Positions 52,101-64,000 of a stretch of 64,000 nucleotides of DNA are shown piece by piece. The translations under genes were made by a program, and so were the position numbers. How positions within the stretch are numbered: the stretch's first letter is position 1; the number at the start of each line of letters is the position of its first letter. Under the pieces are notes generated by a model. The model was not told the origin of the DNA. It saw only the letters and a list, made by a program, of their open reading frames with translations, and searched no databases. The stretch covers positions 10,974,001-11,038,000 of the forward strand of contig NC_047017.1 of the NCBI RefSeq assembly GCF_902652985.1. The letters are read 5' to 3'. The DNA comes from Pecten maximus. Taxonomy: Eukaryota.

Positions 52101-54589
52101 ACATCTATCTGACCAGGGAGCCATGTGTTATGTAAGTACAGGTAGATTTGTACCTATGTACCGGTTACTACATCTATCTGACCAGGGACCCGTGTGTTAT
52201 GTAAGTACAGGTAGATTTGTACCTATGTACCGGTTACGACATCTATCTGACCAGGGAGCCGTGTGTTATGTAAGTACAGGTAGATTTGTACCTATGTACC
52301 GGTTACTACATCTATCTGACCAGGGAGCCATGTGTTATGTAAGTACAGGTAGATTTGTACATATGTACCGGTTACTACATCTATCTGACCAGGGACCCGT
52401 GTGTTATGTAAGTACAGGTAGATTTGTACCTATGTACCGGTTACGACATCTATCTGCCCAGGGAGTCGTGTGTTATGTAAGTACAGGTAGATTTGTACCT
52501 TTGTACCGGTTACGACATCTATCTGACCAGGGAGCCGTGTGTTATGTAAGTACATGTAGATTTGTACCTATGTACCGGTTACGACATCTATCTGACCAGG
52601 GAGCCGTGTGTTATGTAAGTACAGGTAGATTTGTACCTATGTACCGGTTACTACATCTGTCTGACCAGGGAGCCATGTGTTATATAAGTACAGGTAGATT
52701 TGTACCTATGTACCGGTTAAGTCATCTATCTGACCAGGGAGCCGTGTGTTATGCAAGTACAGGTAGATTTGTACCTATGTACCGGTTACGATATCTATCT
52801 GACCAGGGAGCCGTGTGTTATGTAAGTACAGGTAGATTTGTACCTGTGTACCGGTTACGACATCTACATCTATCTGAACAGGGAGCCATGTGTTATGTAA
52901 GTACAGGTAGATTTGTACCGATGTACCGGTTACGATATCTATCTGACCAGGGAGCCGTGTGTTATGTAAGTACAGGTAGATTTGTACCTATGTACCGGTT
53001 ACGATATCTATCTGACCAGGGAGCCGTGTGTTATGTAAGTACAGGTAGATTTGTACATATGTACCGGTTACGATATCTATCTGACCAGGGAGCCGTGTGT
53101 TATGTAAGTACATGTAGATTTGTACCTATGTACCGGTTACGACATGTATCTGACCAGGGAGCCATGTGTTATGTAAGTACAGGTAGATTTGTACCTATGT
53201 ACCGGTTACTACATCTATCTGACCAGGGACCCGTGTGTTATGTAAGTACAGGTAGATTTGTACCTATGTACCGGTTACGACATCTATCTGACCAGGGAGC
53301 CGTGTGTTATGTAAGTACAGGTAGATTTGTACCTATGTACCGGTTACTACATCTATCTGACCAGGGAGCCATGCGTTATGTAAGTACAGGTAGATTTGTA
53401 CCTATGTACCGGTTACTACATCTATCTGACCAGGGACCCGTGTGTTATGTAAGTACAGGTAGATTTGTACCTATGTACCGGTTACTACATCTATCTGACC
53501 AGGGAGTCGTGTGTTATGTAAGTACAGGTAGATTTGTACCTTTGTACCGGTTACGACATCTATCTGACCAGGGAGCCGTGTGTTATGTAAGTACAGGTAG
53601 ATTTGTACCTATGTACCGGTTACGACATCTATCTGACCAGGGAGCCGTGTGTTATGTAAGTACAGGTAGATTTGTACCTATGTACCGGTTACTACATCTG
53701 TCTGACCAGGGAGCCATGCGTTATATAAGTACAGGTAGATTTGTACCTATGTACCGGTTAAGTCATCTATCTGACCAGGGAGCTGTGTGTTATGTAAGTA
53801 CAGGTAGATTTGTACCTATGTACCGGTTACGACATCTATCTGACCAGGGAGCCGTGTGTTATATAAGTACAGGTAGATTTGTACCTATGTACAGGTTACG
53901 ACATCTATCTGACCAGGGACCCGTGTGTTATGTAAGTACAGGTAGATTTGTACCTATGTACCGGTTACTACATCTGTCTGACCAGGGAGCCGTGTGTTAT
54001 GTAAGTATATGTAGATTTGTACCTATCTACCGGTTACTACATCTGTCTGACCAGGGAGCCGTGTGTTATGTAAGTACAGGTAGATTTGTAGTTATGTGCC
54101 GGTAATGAAATCTATCTGACCAGGGAGCCGTGTGTTATGTAAGTACAGTTAGATTTGTACCCATGTACCGGTAACGAAATCTATCTGACCAGGGAGCCGT
54201 GTGTTATGTAAGTACAGGTAGATTTGTACCTATGTACCGGTTACGACATCTGTCTGACCAGGGAGCCGTGCGTTATGTAAGTACAGGTAAAACACAAGTC
54301 ATTCCAGGTTTTCATTTCTTTGTAACACTATACCATCGAAATTCACATCAATGTTAAATAAAAATGTGCCTGTACGTTAGATACTTTCTCTCATAATTCC
54401 AGGTGCGCTATGGCCCTCGTTCATTCCCGGATAGGACGTGTCTTCTATGGAAGTCCATTTCCTCAGGAAGGAGCGCTCGGATCAAAGTACAAGCTTCACA
54501 CTCAGACAGGTCTCAACCACCACTACCAAGTCTTCTGTGATGTGTTGGAAGCTGAGTGTGAACATCTGTACGACGCAGCTGTAACATAG
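43127..54589 (+). CDS. ADAT3: ADAT3 copy 4, ~383 aa
   Basis: Exons 43110(ATG 43127)-43187, 46020-46074, 46695-46759, 47136-47331, 47559-47670, 47935-48091, 48431-48749 and 54403-54589, in frame (1152 nt). Confidence 0.88.
43423..45688 (-). mobile_element. Non-autonomous LTR retroelement (Gypsy-like) in ADAT3 copy 4 intron 1
   Basis: 530-bp direct repeats at 43423-43952 and 45159-45688. PBS-like TGGTGCGAGAAACCGG just inside one LTR; purine tract AGGAGCCGGAGGGA at 44015-44028. Absent from copies 2 and 3. Confidence 0.85.
44065..44949 (-). CDS. Gag-like double Zn-knuckle plus coiled-coil protein (294 aa) of the LTR element
   Basis: CYRCGRNFNSNHLIHCPAKGCYCFLCGNVGHFSRMC (second knuckle CX2CX4HX4C), an R/S-rich segment and a heptad-like C-terminal half. 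Confidence 0.7.
   Translation of the reverse strand: MTSCYRCGRNFNSNHLIHCPAKGCYCFLCGNVGHFSRMCFARSRQYSTNRVTGSFSWTRQRPQTYRRPVPVRISSDSESEVQVTHQKRNKSSSKRRRDSERLRKFRDTKQVLSVLPFYYISADEFDNEFPKESSFTHQISNLQSKLVRAKSTISTISVKCAKLEETNRILEEECTRLKSVTINNYVSQIKELEKALDNRKKIMKSKDETINSLHITAKEKEQTSRQISNLKSRISEKDKQVKQKQRVILSLQNQLSGYHGQTQNNNSRQQRSRISLEQRTVNFRPNFRHTVVDS
48700..54289 (+). repeat. 69-bp exon-end/donor minisatellite, 81 units, with 2220-bp higher-order repeat
   Basis: Same unit; the variant pattern starting at 49552 recurs at 51772. Confidence 0.97.
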
Positions 54590-56027
54590 GGCATAGTCGT
54601 CCTTTACTACTGGGTTACACTGACATGTTCTATATGGTGACCAATCAAGCTACAGGGTGTAGATATTATTGACCAATTCAGTTACAGGATGTGATCATCC
54701 TTGACCAATTAAGTGACAGGATGTATATATTATTGACTAATTTAGTTACAAAATATGGTCATCCTTGGCCAATTAAGTGACATGATGTAGACATTCTTGA
54801 CCAATTAAGTGATAGACTGTAGGTATTCTTGACCAATCAAGTTACAGGATGTGGACATCCTTGTTCGGTGAAGTTACAGAATGTGGACATTCATGACCTG
54901 TCAAGTTACAGGATAAAGACATAATATTTTATTTGATGGCTAATTGAAGGATGTTGACAATCTGGACCTGTGCAGTTTAATGATAAGATTAAGGGACACA
55001 TGTTTCATCAGAAATTACTCTGGTCGAAAGTTTCTAAGGACCGGATATGCAAAATGTATGTTTTATACAATAAAATTTACAAATTAGATAGATTTGAATG
55101 TTTACTGAACATATTCATACCCGTATCTGGAGCTAAAAAGAATTAGCTAGGCCTGTGAGGAAGACTTTGAGAAGGATTAGATAGGTCTATGTGGTAAGAC
55201 TACATTAATGGGTCATGCATCGGCGATGGGGGTCTCGTCGGATACCCACAGTTGATTGCACTACTGTAAACGCTGAAATTTACGCGAGGGGAGAATTTAC
55301 GCTAATTTCTCATTTTGTTCGTGAAAATTTCCCCCACGCTTGTTATTTTGATATCAATTTGCGTAATCTTAAACTACGAAAGTAGATCGATCGCGAAAAT
55401 TACCCCCACGCGTATAGTTTACATATTAAAATCGCGAAATTAACCCTCCGCGAAAATAATCACATTTACAATATACAATACGCTACACTGTCAACCTTCC
55501 GTAATTGTGGGGAAGGCAATTCCTCGACTTTAAACATTTCATTGAAAAACATTACAGAATATGAGTAAAGTTTCCTTAACACTGGTGTCTTAAGGGATGC
55601 TCTTCAGGTAAGGAATATTGATGATGCCACATGGACTTGGCTCAAATGTCCAACCTTTGGCCTTCATCATGTATATTATATGTATCATACAATACATGTT
55701 TTGGAATTTTCCGACTCCGTGTAACGGACACATATTTAAGATCCTGTGTTTTAAGAACTTTCTGTGTTGGAAAGAAGAAGTTGAAAATTGTTAAACTGTT
55801 AAATCATATCAATACAATAATCATCCACACCACCCATGGGGAGCCAGATCCATTGTTAAACATAGTAAGATCCCCTTCATCCAATGTATGCTTCGGATCA
55901 AATTTGGACAGAATCATTTCATTTTGGATACTGTTCCTCAATTTTAGCTGACCAAGCCCTCAGTTAATGCTAAAGAGCTTACAATGTTTTAATTCATGTG
56001 GTAACGCGAATGATGTATTAGAATCGA

Positions 56028-56358
56028 TCTTCCATGTATCTGGTGTGTCGTCGCTCGTGGACTGTCCTTAGTCACAGTGAACACATTGCCTCCTAAACAG
56101 ACAATGAATTCCCCATTTATATACACTATACCGTAACACCGTTTGTCGATGTTTATTTCGAATGCCAGAATAAGTTTAGAGGGTGCGACTGTTACTAAAC
56201 ATAAATGTACATAGCGACCGTCACGGGGGTGTCAACCATACACATGTCATGGACTTCCGTTCACCTTCAATTCGTCCATAACATTTCCTTCTGTGTCGAT
56301 CAACTTGATTTTATCGTTTCTGTCTTCTCCCACCACAATTCGTCCAGCTGGTAGGTTA
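56028..56358 (-). pseudogene. Degenerate NHL fragment
   Basis: Homologous to the TRIM NHL region; disrupted. Confidence 0.8.
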
Positions 56359-57935
56359 ACAAGGGTTTTTTTTTTTTTTTTTTCCTTTTTTGGAATTCCC
56401 TGTTACACTTGGTGTAATAGCTAATGTCTTATTATCATTATTGTGATGTCATATTGCAGTCTAAATTGTTTGTCAATGAAATTTCATAATCGCCTAATAG
56501 GCCATTTAAAATAATAAACAAAAAGAAATAAACGATATGATAGAACTCACCATTATTTATTCATTTGAACATTCCATTAGTTTTTTTATGTCATGTTCTC
56601 AACAAAAAATCCTTTGAAAACTTAATTGATACAATGGCAAGTATATGTGTTTAGAAAAAGAACCCTCCAAAACATAAAAAGATGTGTGTACTCCATCTAT
56701 AGCCTATCATGTATTTAGTAGTATACTGTATACCATTATACCCAAGTAACCATATATATACTGATATTAGTGCATGCATATTGTTTTGTTTGTAAAACAC
56801 AATGTTACTTTCATCAGACCATCATGATATAATAATATATATTATATCACCCTCACAATATCAACAGTAGTATTTCAATCATTATTCCTAAAGAGTTTAA
56901 ACTGAAACAATACATCAGACAAATATCTTTAAGCATGATATTGTTGCATCATTCTTTTAAGGCGATATGTTAACTCACTTTGCAATCATACAATTTAATA
57001 ATGACCCATACAACTTTCAACGATGGAACCTCTCGAACAGTCTCTATGCTTAAAATGACAATAAATTAATAAAGTTTTATTATTGACAAAATACATTAAT
57101 AAAGTATTATTATCGACATAATACATTAATAAAGTATTATTATCGACACAATGTGCTTCATGGGCACCTCTCTGTGTCCACAGTTACCATGAAAATACAC
57201 TAGTTAAAGTTTTAATGTTGAAGTGATAGCTGGTATTTTCCCATTAAGATGAATTCAGCCAAAGTCTGTTAATTCCCTCTTGTTTGTCAATGGTCCTCAA
57301 AAGATTAAGGTAAAAAATACACACACAAACACTTCAATATTGCATTAAGTAGCTTTGGAATATCCATATTATATGCTTTGTATGAAAATCTCTAAGACTT
57401 CGCAACGAAGTGGTTATTTGGTAGGCCTATGGGGAACAGGTTTTGCATACATGATGATATATAAATGTATATAAATTGAAAATCGTTAAAAACTGACACA
57501 GACAGAAATGAGGGCTGCCGACTGTGTGTATAAATATATTATATATATATATAAACATAGTACCACAATTGACGAAGGAAGGCAACTTGATGACTCGTGC
57601 CCTTACCGGGCCTCGAAGTCACGATCTACAGCACCCTTTATATATATATATATATATATGACAATTTACTTGTCTGTACTGTCGTTGTTACTACTTGACA
57701 AATTATACATGTATGTCCACACTGTTAAGTAATTCGTATCCTGCATACGAACTTTTTCCAAGGATCCACTGTTACCCGGATTATAACCGCTAATATTACT
57801 TTTTTGACCCATATATATATGTAATGTACACACAATAAAATTATGTTACACAAACAACATCGAATGAAATAACCAAATTCCAATGGCAGACATCAAGCGA
57901 ATGAGATACTAGATGTTGAGTCATTGTATAACGAG

Positions 57936-59936
57936 TCAAACAATTTGAAACACTGTGATATAGTTACATTGTGTAGAAGAAAAATTAGTCAGTACAAGTT
58001 TTTCTCCACATACGGATATGGCTTTAGGACAAGCGATACCGTCCTTTGTCGTTAATAGTTCCCGGACGTTTGTTCCATCCCCGGACATCTGTATCACGTT
58101 GTTAGAACCGCAGCCACAGATATACACGTTACCTTCCCTGTCGACGTCCACGCCATAAGCTCTCTCCACAACACCAACATTCAACACACTGGAGTATGTG
58201 TTGTCTGAGGACAGTCTACCAACAACCACTCTGCCAGTGCGATTTGTGTAGTGAGTGGTAAAGAGTTTTCCATTATTTAAATCATACGACAACGCGAATA
58301 CTGTATCAGAACTTTCATGTATCTGGCGTGTCATCGCTCGTGGACTGTCCTTAGTCACAGAGAACACATTGCATTCTGAACTGACGACGAATTCGCCATT
58401 TCTGTACGCTATACCGTTACATGGTTTGTTGACGTTTATTTCAGATGCCAGAATAAGTTTAGAGGGTGCGACTGTTACTAAACAGATATGTCCGGGATTA
58501 ATGTTCCTAGCAACCGCCACGGTGGTGTTGTCAACCGTACACATGTCATAGAGACGTCCGTATACCTTCAACTCGTCCACAACATTTCCTTCTGTGTCGA
58601 TTAACTTGATTTTACTGTTTTTGTCATCTCCCACCACAATGCGTCCATCTGGTAGGTAAACAACTCCACGGGAAGAACAATCGTACAAATCGGATGGACA
58701 TTTAATGTCAATTTTTTTTAATTCCTTGACATCACGCTCAGATAAAGGTTTAGCGAAAGCATTTGTATCAGCTGGAATATGTTGTAGCTGCTTTCGGACA
58801 ATGATTTTTCCAAAACTCAAAGCTGGCCTTGGGCTTGTCATGTGGAGATCAGCCTCATGCTCAATACTGATGGATGAATGTGATGTCTGCACCTCTCTCA
58901 CCAAATCCCTACACGACTCGACCTCCGCCTGACCTCGTTGGTACAACAGGATCATGTCCATGTGGTCATTCCTCTGTTGGGCTGTAGTGGACGACTCTAG
59001 TGTATTCTGTATAGCGACCTTCAGTCGTTCACACTTCTGACTGGACACCTTCAGGTTTTCTCTCTCCTCTTTATACTTAGCTATCAAGTCATCTGTGATT
59101 CCCTTTTTCATCTCTTCTATACGATTAATGATCTGTTCCTGTAGGTCGTCAATGTTTTTCATTGCTGTGTCTTTGCCGTCTGCAATACTTTGGAGTTGTA
59201 GGTGGAAGTCCTTTACCAGTGACTCCATTTCCTTTTCCCCTTTTTGTAGTGATTTCCTCATCTCCTCTAGCCAGTGACCACTGGTCAGTTTCTCACAGTA
59301 TTCTTCTGTCGTGGCCACAGCGTCACATTTCCTGTGGCCAACTGTTATACATTTACAACAGCCGATGGATTTGTGGTCCTCACAGTAGTAATCCATCTTT
59401 TCCTTGTGTTTGTTACAAATCTTGTCTGATGTTGACTGGTTCAGAAGGAAACTCCTCGTCTCTGTTATATCTACAACATCACAGTTGATGTGAATCATAT
59501 CGTGGAAATCCACCTTACATGACTCACAGAATAAAGACTGGTTTGTTTTACACTAGAACTTTGCTGACGTCATCATGTTCCCTTTCTTCTGGCACGGCAT
59601 ACAGTAATGTGGTTCCGATGACCTGTTTTTCAACTCTATCATCTCCATGACATCAAAGTCGGTCGGAAACTGCTTGGCCCAGTTCTCCTTGTCTTCTGAT
59701 TTGTCCAAAGGGTGGGTTAGTTTCCTACATACCGGACAGGTGAAGGACACCGCCGTATCACTTGTCCCCGACACCTCGCTGATGATGTAACTTGTCAAGC
59801 ATTCCTGACAAAGGGAATGGCGACATGGTAGACACTTCGGCTGCCGTAACTGTTCCAGACAAATGGGACAGTCGAGAAGATGTGAGTTCCTAGACGGATT
59901 GTCCGGAGGTGTCGGCTGAGGACCTCCTTCTGCCAT
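57936..59936 (-). pseudogene. TRIM-NHL copy D with a single in-frame TAG at codon 128
   Basis: AAG TTC TAG TGT (59553-59555) where paralogues read K-F-W-C. The rest of the 667-codon frame is open. Confidence 0.85.
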
Positions 59937-61636
59937 TACACTTGAACTCCAATCCTGGTCGTGTTCCTATTAAACATTGATAAAGTCTACATGTATGTCG
60001 GGATGTTTTATAAGCATCATGCTTAAATACACTTATGAGATCACATTTTCACACTCTTTCACAATTTGTTTTCTATCTTATATGATATAACAAAGAGGAC
60101 ATACCATTTTGCTTTGTGGATCAGATTCAAACCCAAATAGGCACAACCAGGGACCAAGGCAAAACTACATGTACAGTTTTAGACAAGGGAAACCTATATA
60201 TGAAATCTAAAAGATAACTTTTTGTGAATTAGAAATCACTATGCTCCAATTAAATTTTCAGCCATTTTGTTTACTGGGTCAGACTCAAATTCAAACTAGA
60301 ACACTAACAGGTTAGCAAGGGCCCCGTTGTTTGGCAAGGGAGCAAACTATACATATCTATGATATACACATCTACCACCATATTTGCTGGACCAACAGAA
60401 ATGGAAACACTGTACTGATATGAAATAAAACTTTCATTCGATATGATGTATTTAAATCCTAAATACACCCCAGCTCCCACTAAAGGTCATAGTCAGAGAT
60501 CCACTTTGTCCTTGACCTTTGGAACAAAATGCTTATCCTTTGGCCCAGTGACTTTGATCTTTGAAAAACTGACTTCTTGTTTAATAACGACAAATTTTGC
60601 TTCATTTGTCTTAACAAAATGTAAATCGGTGATAAAATACAAAATTTGATCTTGGCTTCTGACTCAGTGACCTTGACATCAGACGCCATGACCTTGGCAT
60701 TTAGTCAGCTGACTCATTGTTTTATTCTTAGGAACTAAGTTCAGAAATGCCATAACAAATTATTCATCAGTGAAAAGATACATACTTTGACCTTGACCTT
60801 TGACCCAGTGACCTCAACCTCTGACTGTTAACATACTTTGACTTTTGGATAGTTGATTGTTTAATTCTGACCGATATTGCTACATAGTCTCATAACAATA
60901 GTCAGTAATGATACAAGACTTGACCTTGACATTTGACCATTTGTCGGCTGATTCCTTATTCAATTTTGACCATTTTTTTCTTCAAAATGACATAACAAAT
61001 TGTTCGTCAGTAAAAAGATACAAAATTTGATCTTGATATTTGACATGATGACATTGACTTCTGACCCGATGGCCTTGTCAATTGACTTGTTTAATTCTTA
61101 CTATCTTTGCTTCTTCATCATGTCATCAGCAAATGTTTATCAATAAAAAGATACCAAAGTTGACCTTGACCATTCGTCATTTGGTTGACTGCGTTTTATT
61201 ATTCTGACCAATTCTGCTTTTTCATGTCATAGCAAAATGTTCATCAGTAAAAGATACAGAATTTGAATTTGATCTAATGATCTGTATTTATGTTAATTGA
61301 ACATCTTGATCAAATTTCATGTAAATCAGTTAATAAATACTTATCAGCCGTGAATAAAATTTACGGATTGACAGCTGGACAGTGATTACTATATAAAGGG
61401 CACCCAATTATTTCCAATTCGGGTCCCTAATGAGTACAATTAGGGACAAAGGGGAACCCATATATGTAGTTTGAGAAAAGAACCTTTCGGTACTTCTCAA
61501 GAAAACAGTAATAACAAGGATTGTTTAAGGACAGACGGACAACGGACCCCAGACACAGGACGATTTGAACAGCCCACCATCTGATGATGGTGAATAAAGA
61601 AAAGATGTGAATTTTTTTCAGTTGCTTTCATTTTGA

Positions 61637-62598
61637 TTTTTAGCTCACCTGAACCGAAGGTCCGGTGAGCTTATGTCATGGCGCAGCGTCCGTCGTCCGT
61701 CGTCCGTCCGTCCGTCGTCCGTCAACGTTTCCTTCAAATCGCTACTAGTCGAAAAGTTCTTAATGCATTTTGACCAAATTTGGCCAGAAACATCATTGGC
61801 AGAAGGGGAACAGGTTTTGCATAAATGGTGACTCTGAACCCCGAGGGGCCAAAGGGGCGGGGCCCAATAGGGGAAATAGAGGTAATTCCTTTAAATCGCT
61901 ACTGGTCATAAAGTTCTGAATGGATTTGAACCCAATTTGGTCAGAAACATCCTTGGCAGAAGGGGAACAGATTTTGCATAAATAGTGACTCTGACCCCCA
62001 AGGGACCAAAGGGGCGGGGCTCAAGAGGGGAAATAGAGGTAATTCCTTTAAATCGCTACTAGTGATAAAGTTATGAATGGATTTGAACCCAATTTGGTCA
62101 GAGACATCCTTTGGGGAAAGGGAACAGATTGTGCATAAATGGTGGCTCTGACCCCAAAGGGGCCAAAGGGGCGGGGTCCAATAGAGGATATAGAGGTAAT
62201 TCCTTTAAATCGCTAATAGTCATGAAGAAATGAATGGGTTTGAACCCAATTTGGTCAGAAACATCCTTGGGGGAAGGGGAACAGATTTTGCATAAAAAGT
62301 GACTCTGACCCCCGAGGGGCTAAAAGGGCGGAGCCCAATAAGGGAAATAGAGGTAATGCCTTTAAATCGCTACTAGTCATGAAGTAATGAATGCATGTTC
62401 TAAAAACAATTCTTGGGGTCTTTTAGACCTTAGAGAGTCTGGACTTCATTAATCTCTAAAGCAGTTCGGATCCCCACACTACAACCATATATAGCATTGT
62501 TAGAGATTTACAAATAAAACAAATTGAATATGAACATTATTTTGACATTTGGTCTAACCCAACCAGGTGAGCGATACAGGCCCCATGGGCCTCTTGTT
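61637..62598 (+). mobile_element. HINE-like element with 157-bp satellite array (duplicate of 28158-29104)
   Basis: Near-identical sequence with a longer GTCC microsatellite. Confidence 0.85.
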
Positions 62599-63674
62599 AC
62601 AAGTTACAGACGTTTCACGCAACTGGAACTAGTATTCAGTATGACTAGAACAGGAGAATATTGTGATTGTACAAGTATTTCTAGGATATATTTTTCTATT
62701 GAAAATAAATACATTTATACAATTACAATTTTATATAGGAAAGAATTTTCATTTTTGTGAGCCGTAATTTTTTGGAATTGTCCCGAACAGAAGCACACAA
62801 TTTTGAATTAATGATAATTAAGTTACATTCAGAAGAAAAGTAAGATACCAAAATATAATATTTTAACAATGCTCGATATATTAAAGATAAACATTCATTT
62901 TTCTTTTACTCCGTTCATTCTTTCAAATGTTTTAAGTGTCGATAAAGCGTTATGTGTTTCTTGTAAAGGCATCCACTTTCGTTTTCTATATATCTATCAT
63001 TGTTATATGACATAACTACAACTAGCCCGAGTTTCCACTGTCCCTGCCACCATGTAAGGTATCTCACGCCCGATTTAATTTCATCTGCATCAAATTCCAC
63101 GTTTTCATATAATACTGTGCCCTTTCCCTACACCAGATGACGACAAGGCCACAGAGTAAACTCAGGCTAAACTACAATATGTTAATTTGCTCGCATTTTA
63201 GCGGATAATGAATATAGTATATGATTAATTTGTGTACTTGGTTAATATTATAAATAAGTCATACTTACATCTTTTGATATATATTGTATTCGGCGCTGTA
63301 CCCCAAGCTTTCGATCTACCGCCTCCGCGAGGTCATGATACGACAGGATTATACCGGGACGCGATATACCAGAGTTACTTCCCTTCAAGTTGACAGCCGA
63401 TGAGACCGAAAATACAAAAGAAATATTATCAAAAGAAATGAAGATAAAATATACCACATGTTATTGTTGTTCTCTCTTTAAGATTAAAAAAAAACATTAT
63501 TTGTGTTTTATAAGATAAGTTTATATCCGATTCAGGACTTAAAGTTCTCTATATACCTTACAACGAGTTTTAGGTAACCTTTGAAAGTCACGACGAGATT
63601 AGTCCTAATACTAGTTATAGTTATTGTGTTAAAAGCTTATAATCTTAAAATCTCTCTTTTACTTTCTACTTCAG

Positions 63675-63752
63675 GAAATGGTGCTGAAACTCTAAATACT
63701 AGACACCCTGTATCTGTCCTGGATGATATATACTACAGACCGGTCTCCTTAG
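63675..63752 (+). CDS. ADAT3: ADAT3 copy 5, first visible exon (gene continues beyond window)
   Basis: tacttcag-GAAATGGTGCTGAAACT...TCCTTAG-gtaaac, matching 30181-30258. Confidence 0.8.
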
Positions 63753-64000
63753 GTAAACCTATTACGTGTTATTATATTAGTCAGCAACACAGCTGATTGT
63801 TCTGAATCCATTAATTTCATTATGTTGTACATGTCTGTATTTTATCATAATATTCTCTCAGCATATTGAAGTCTCTTCAATTTCAAATACTATCATGTAC
63901 ATGACCTCTTGATAATGCCTTTTAAGATAATGAAACAATGCTAAATTATGTAACCTCATAAGAATTCAATAAGATTTAGCATATTAAGATCACGGGAAGA

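Noticed and set aside
49552-54105. Long ORFs of ([23 protein letters not shown])n, also at 541-2247 and 2700-4475, as a novel repeat protein
   Set aside because: A 69-bp unit with one stop-free frame produces these automatically. They are off-frame relative to ADAT3, intronic, and broken by sporadic stops and frameshifts.

Overview
This is eukaryotic (animal) genomic DNA, probably from a bivalve mollusc. That assignment is inferred from Helentron/HINE-type repeats and intronless RING-Bbox-coiled-coil-NHL TRIM genes. The window is a tandem segmental amplification of a ~15-19 kb unit, with about 4.3 copies visible. Each unit carries an 8-exon + strand ADAT3/Tad3 gene (the non-catalytic subunit of tRNA A34-to-I deaminase) and a - strand TRIM-NHL gene, plus NHL-only duplicates or fragments. 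The most unusual feature is a 69-bp minisatellite in the last ADAT3 intron, built from the end of exon 7 ([17 protein letters not shown], the first half of the PCxxC Zn motif) plus its GTAAGT donor. It has >=67, 11, 9 and 81 units in the four copies, and the long arrays show 32-unit higher-order repeats. Each unit parses as a 14-nt GT..AG spacer plus a 55-nt segment with the same phases as exon 7. The long [11 protein letters not shown] ORFs are an off-frame by-product of this repeat. The TRIM paralogues are nearly invariant in the RING/B-box/coiled-coil region but vary in clustered NHL loops; only one of four has an intact ORF. Also present are a young non-autonomous LTR element with a Zn-knuckle ORF, two HINE-like families, MITEs and several smaller minisatellites.
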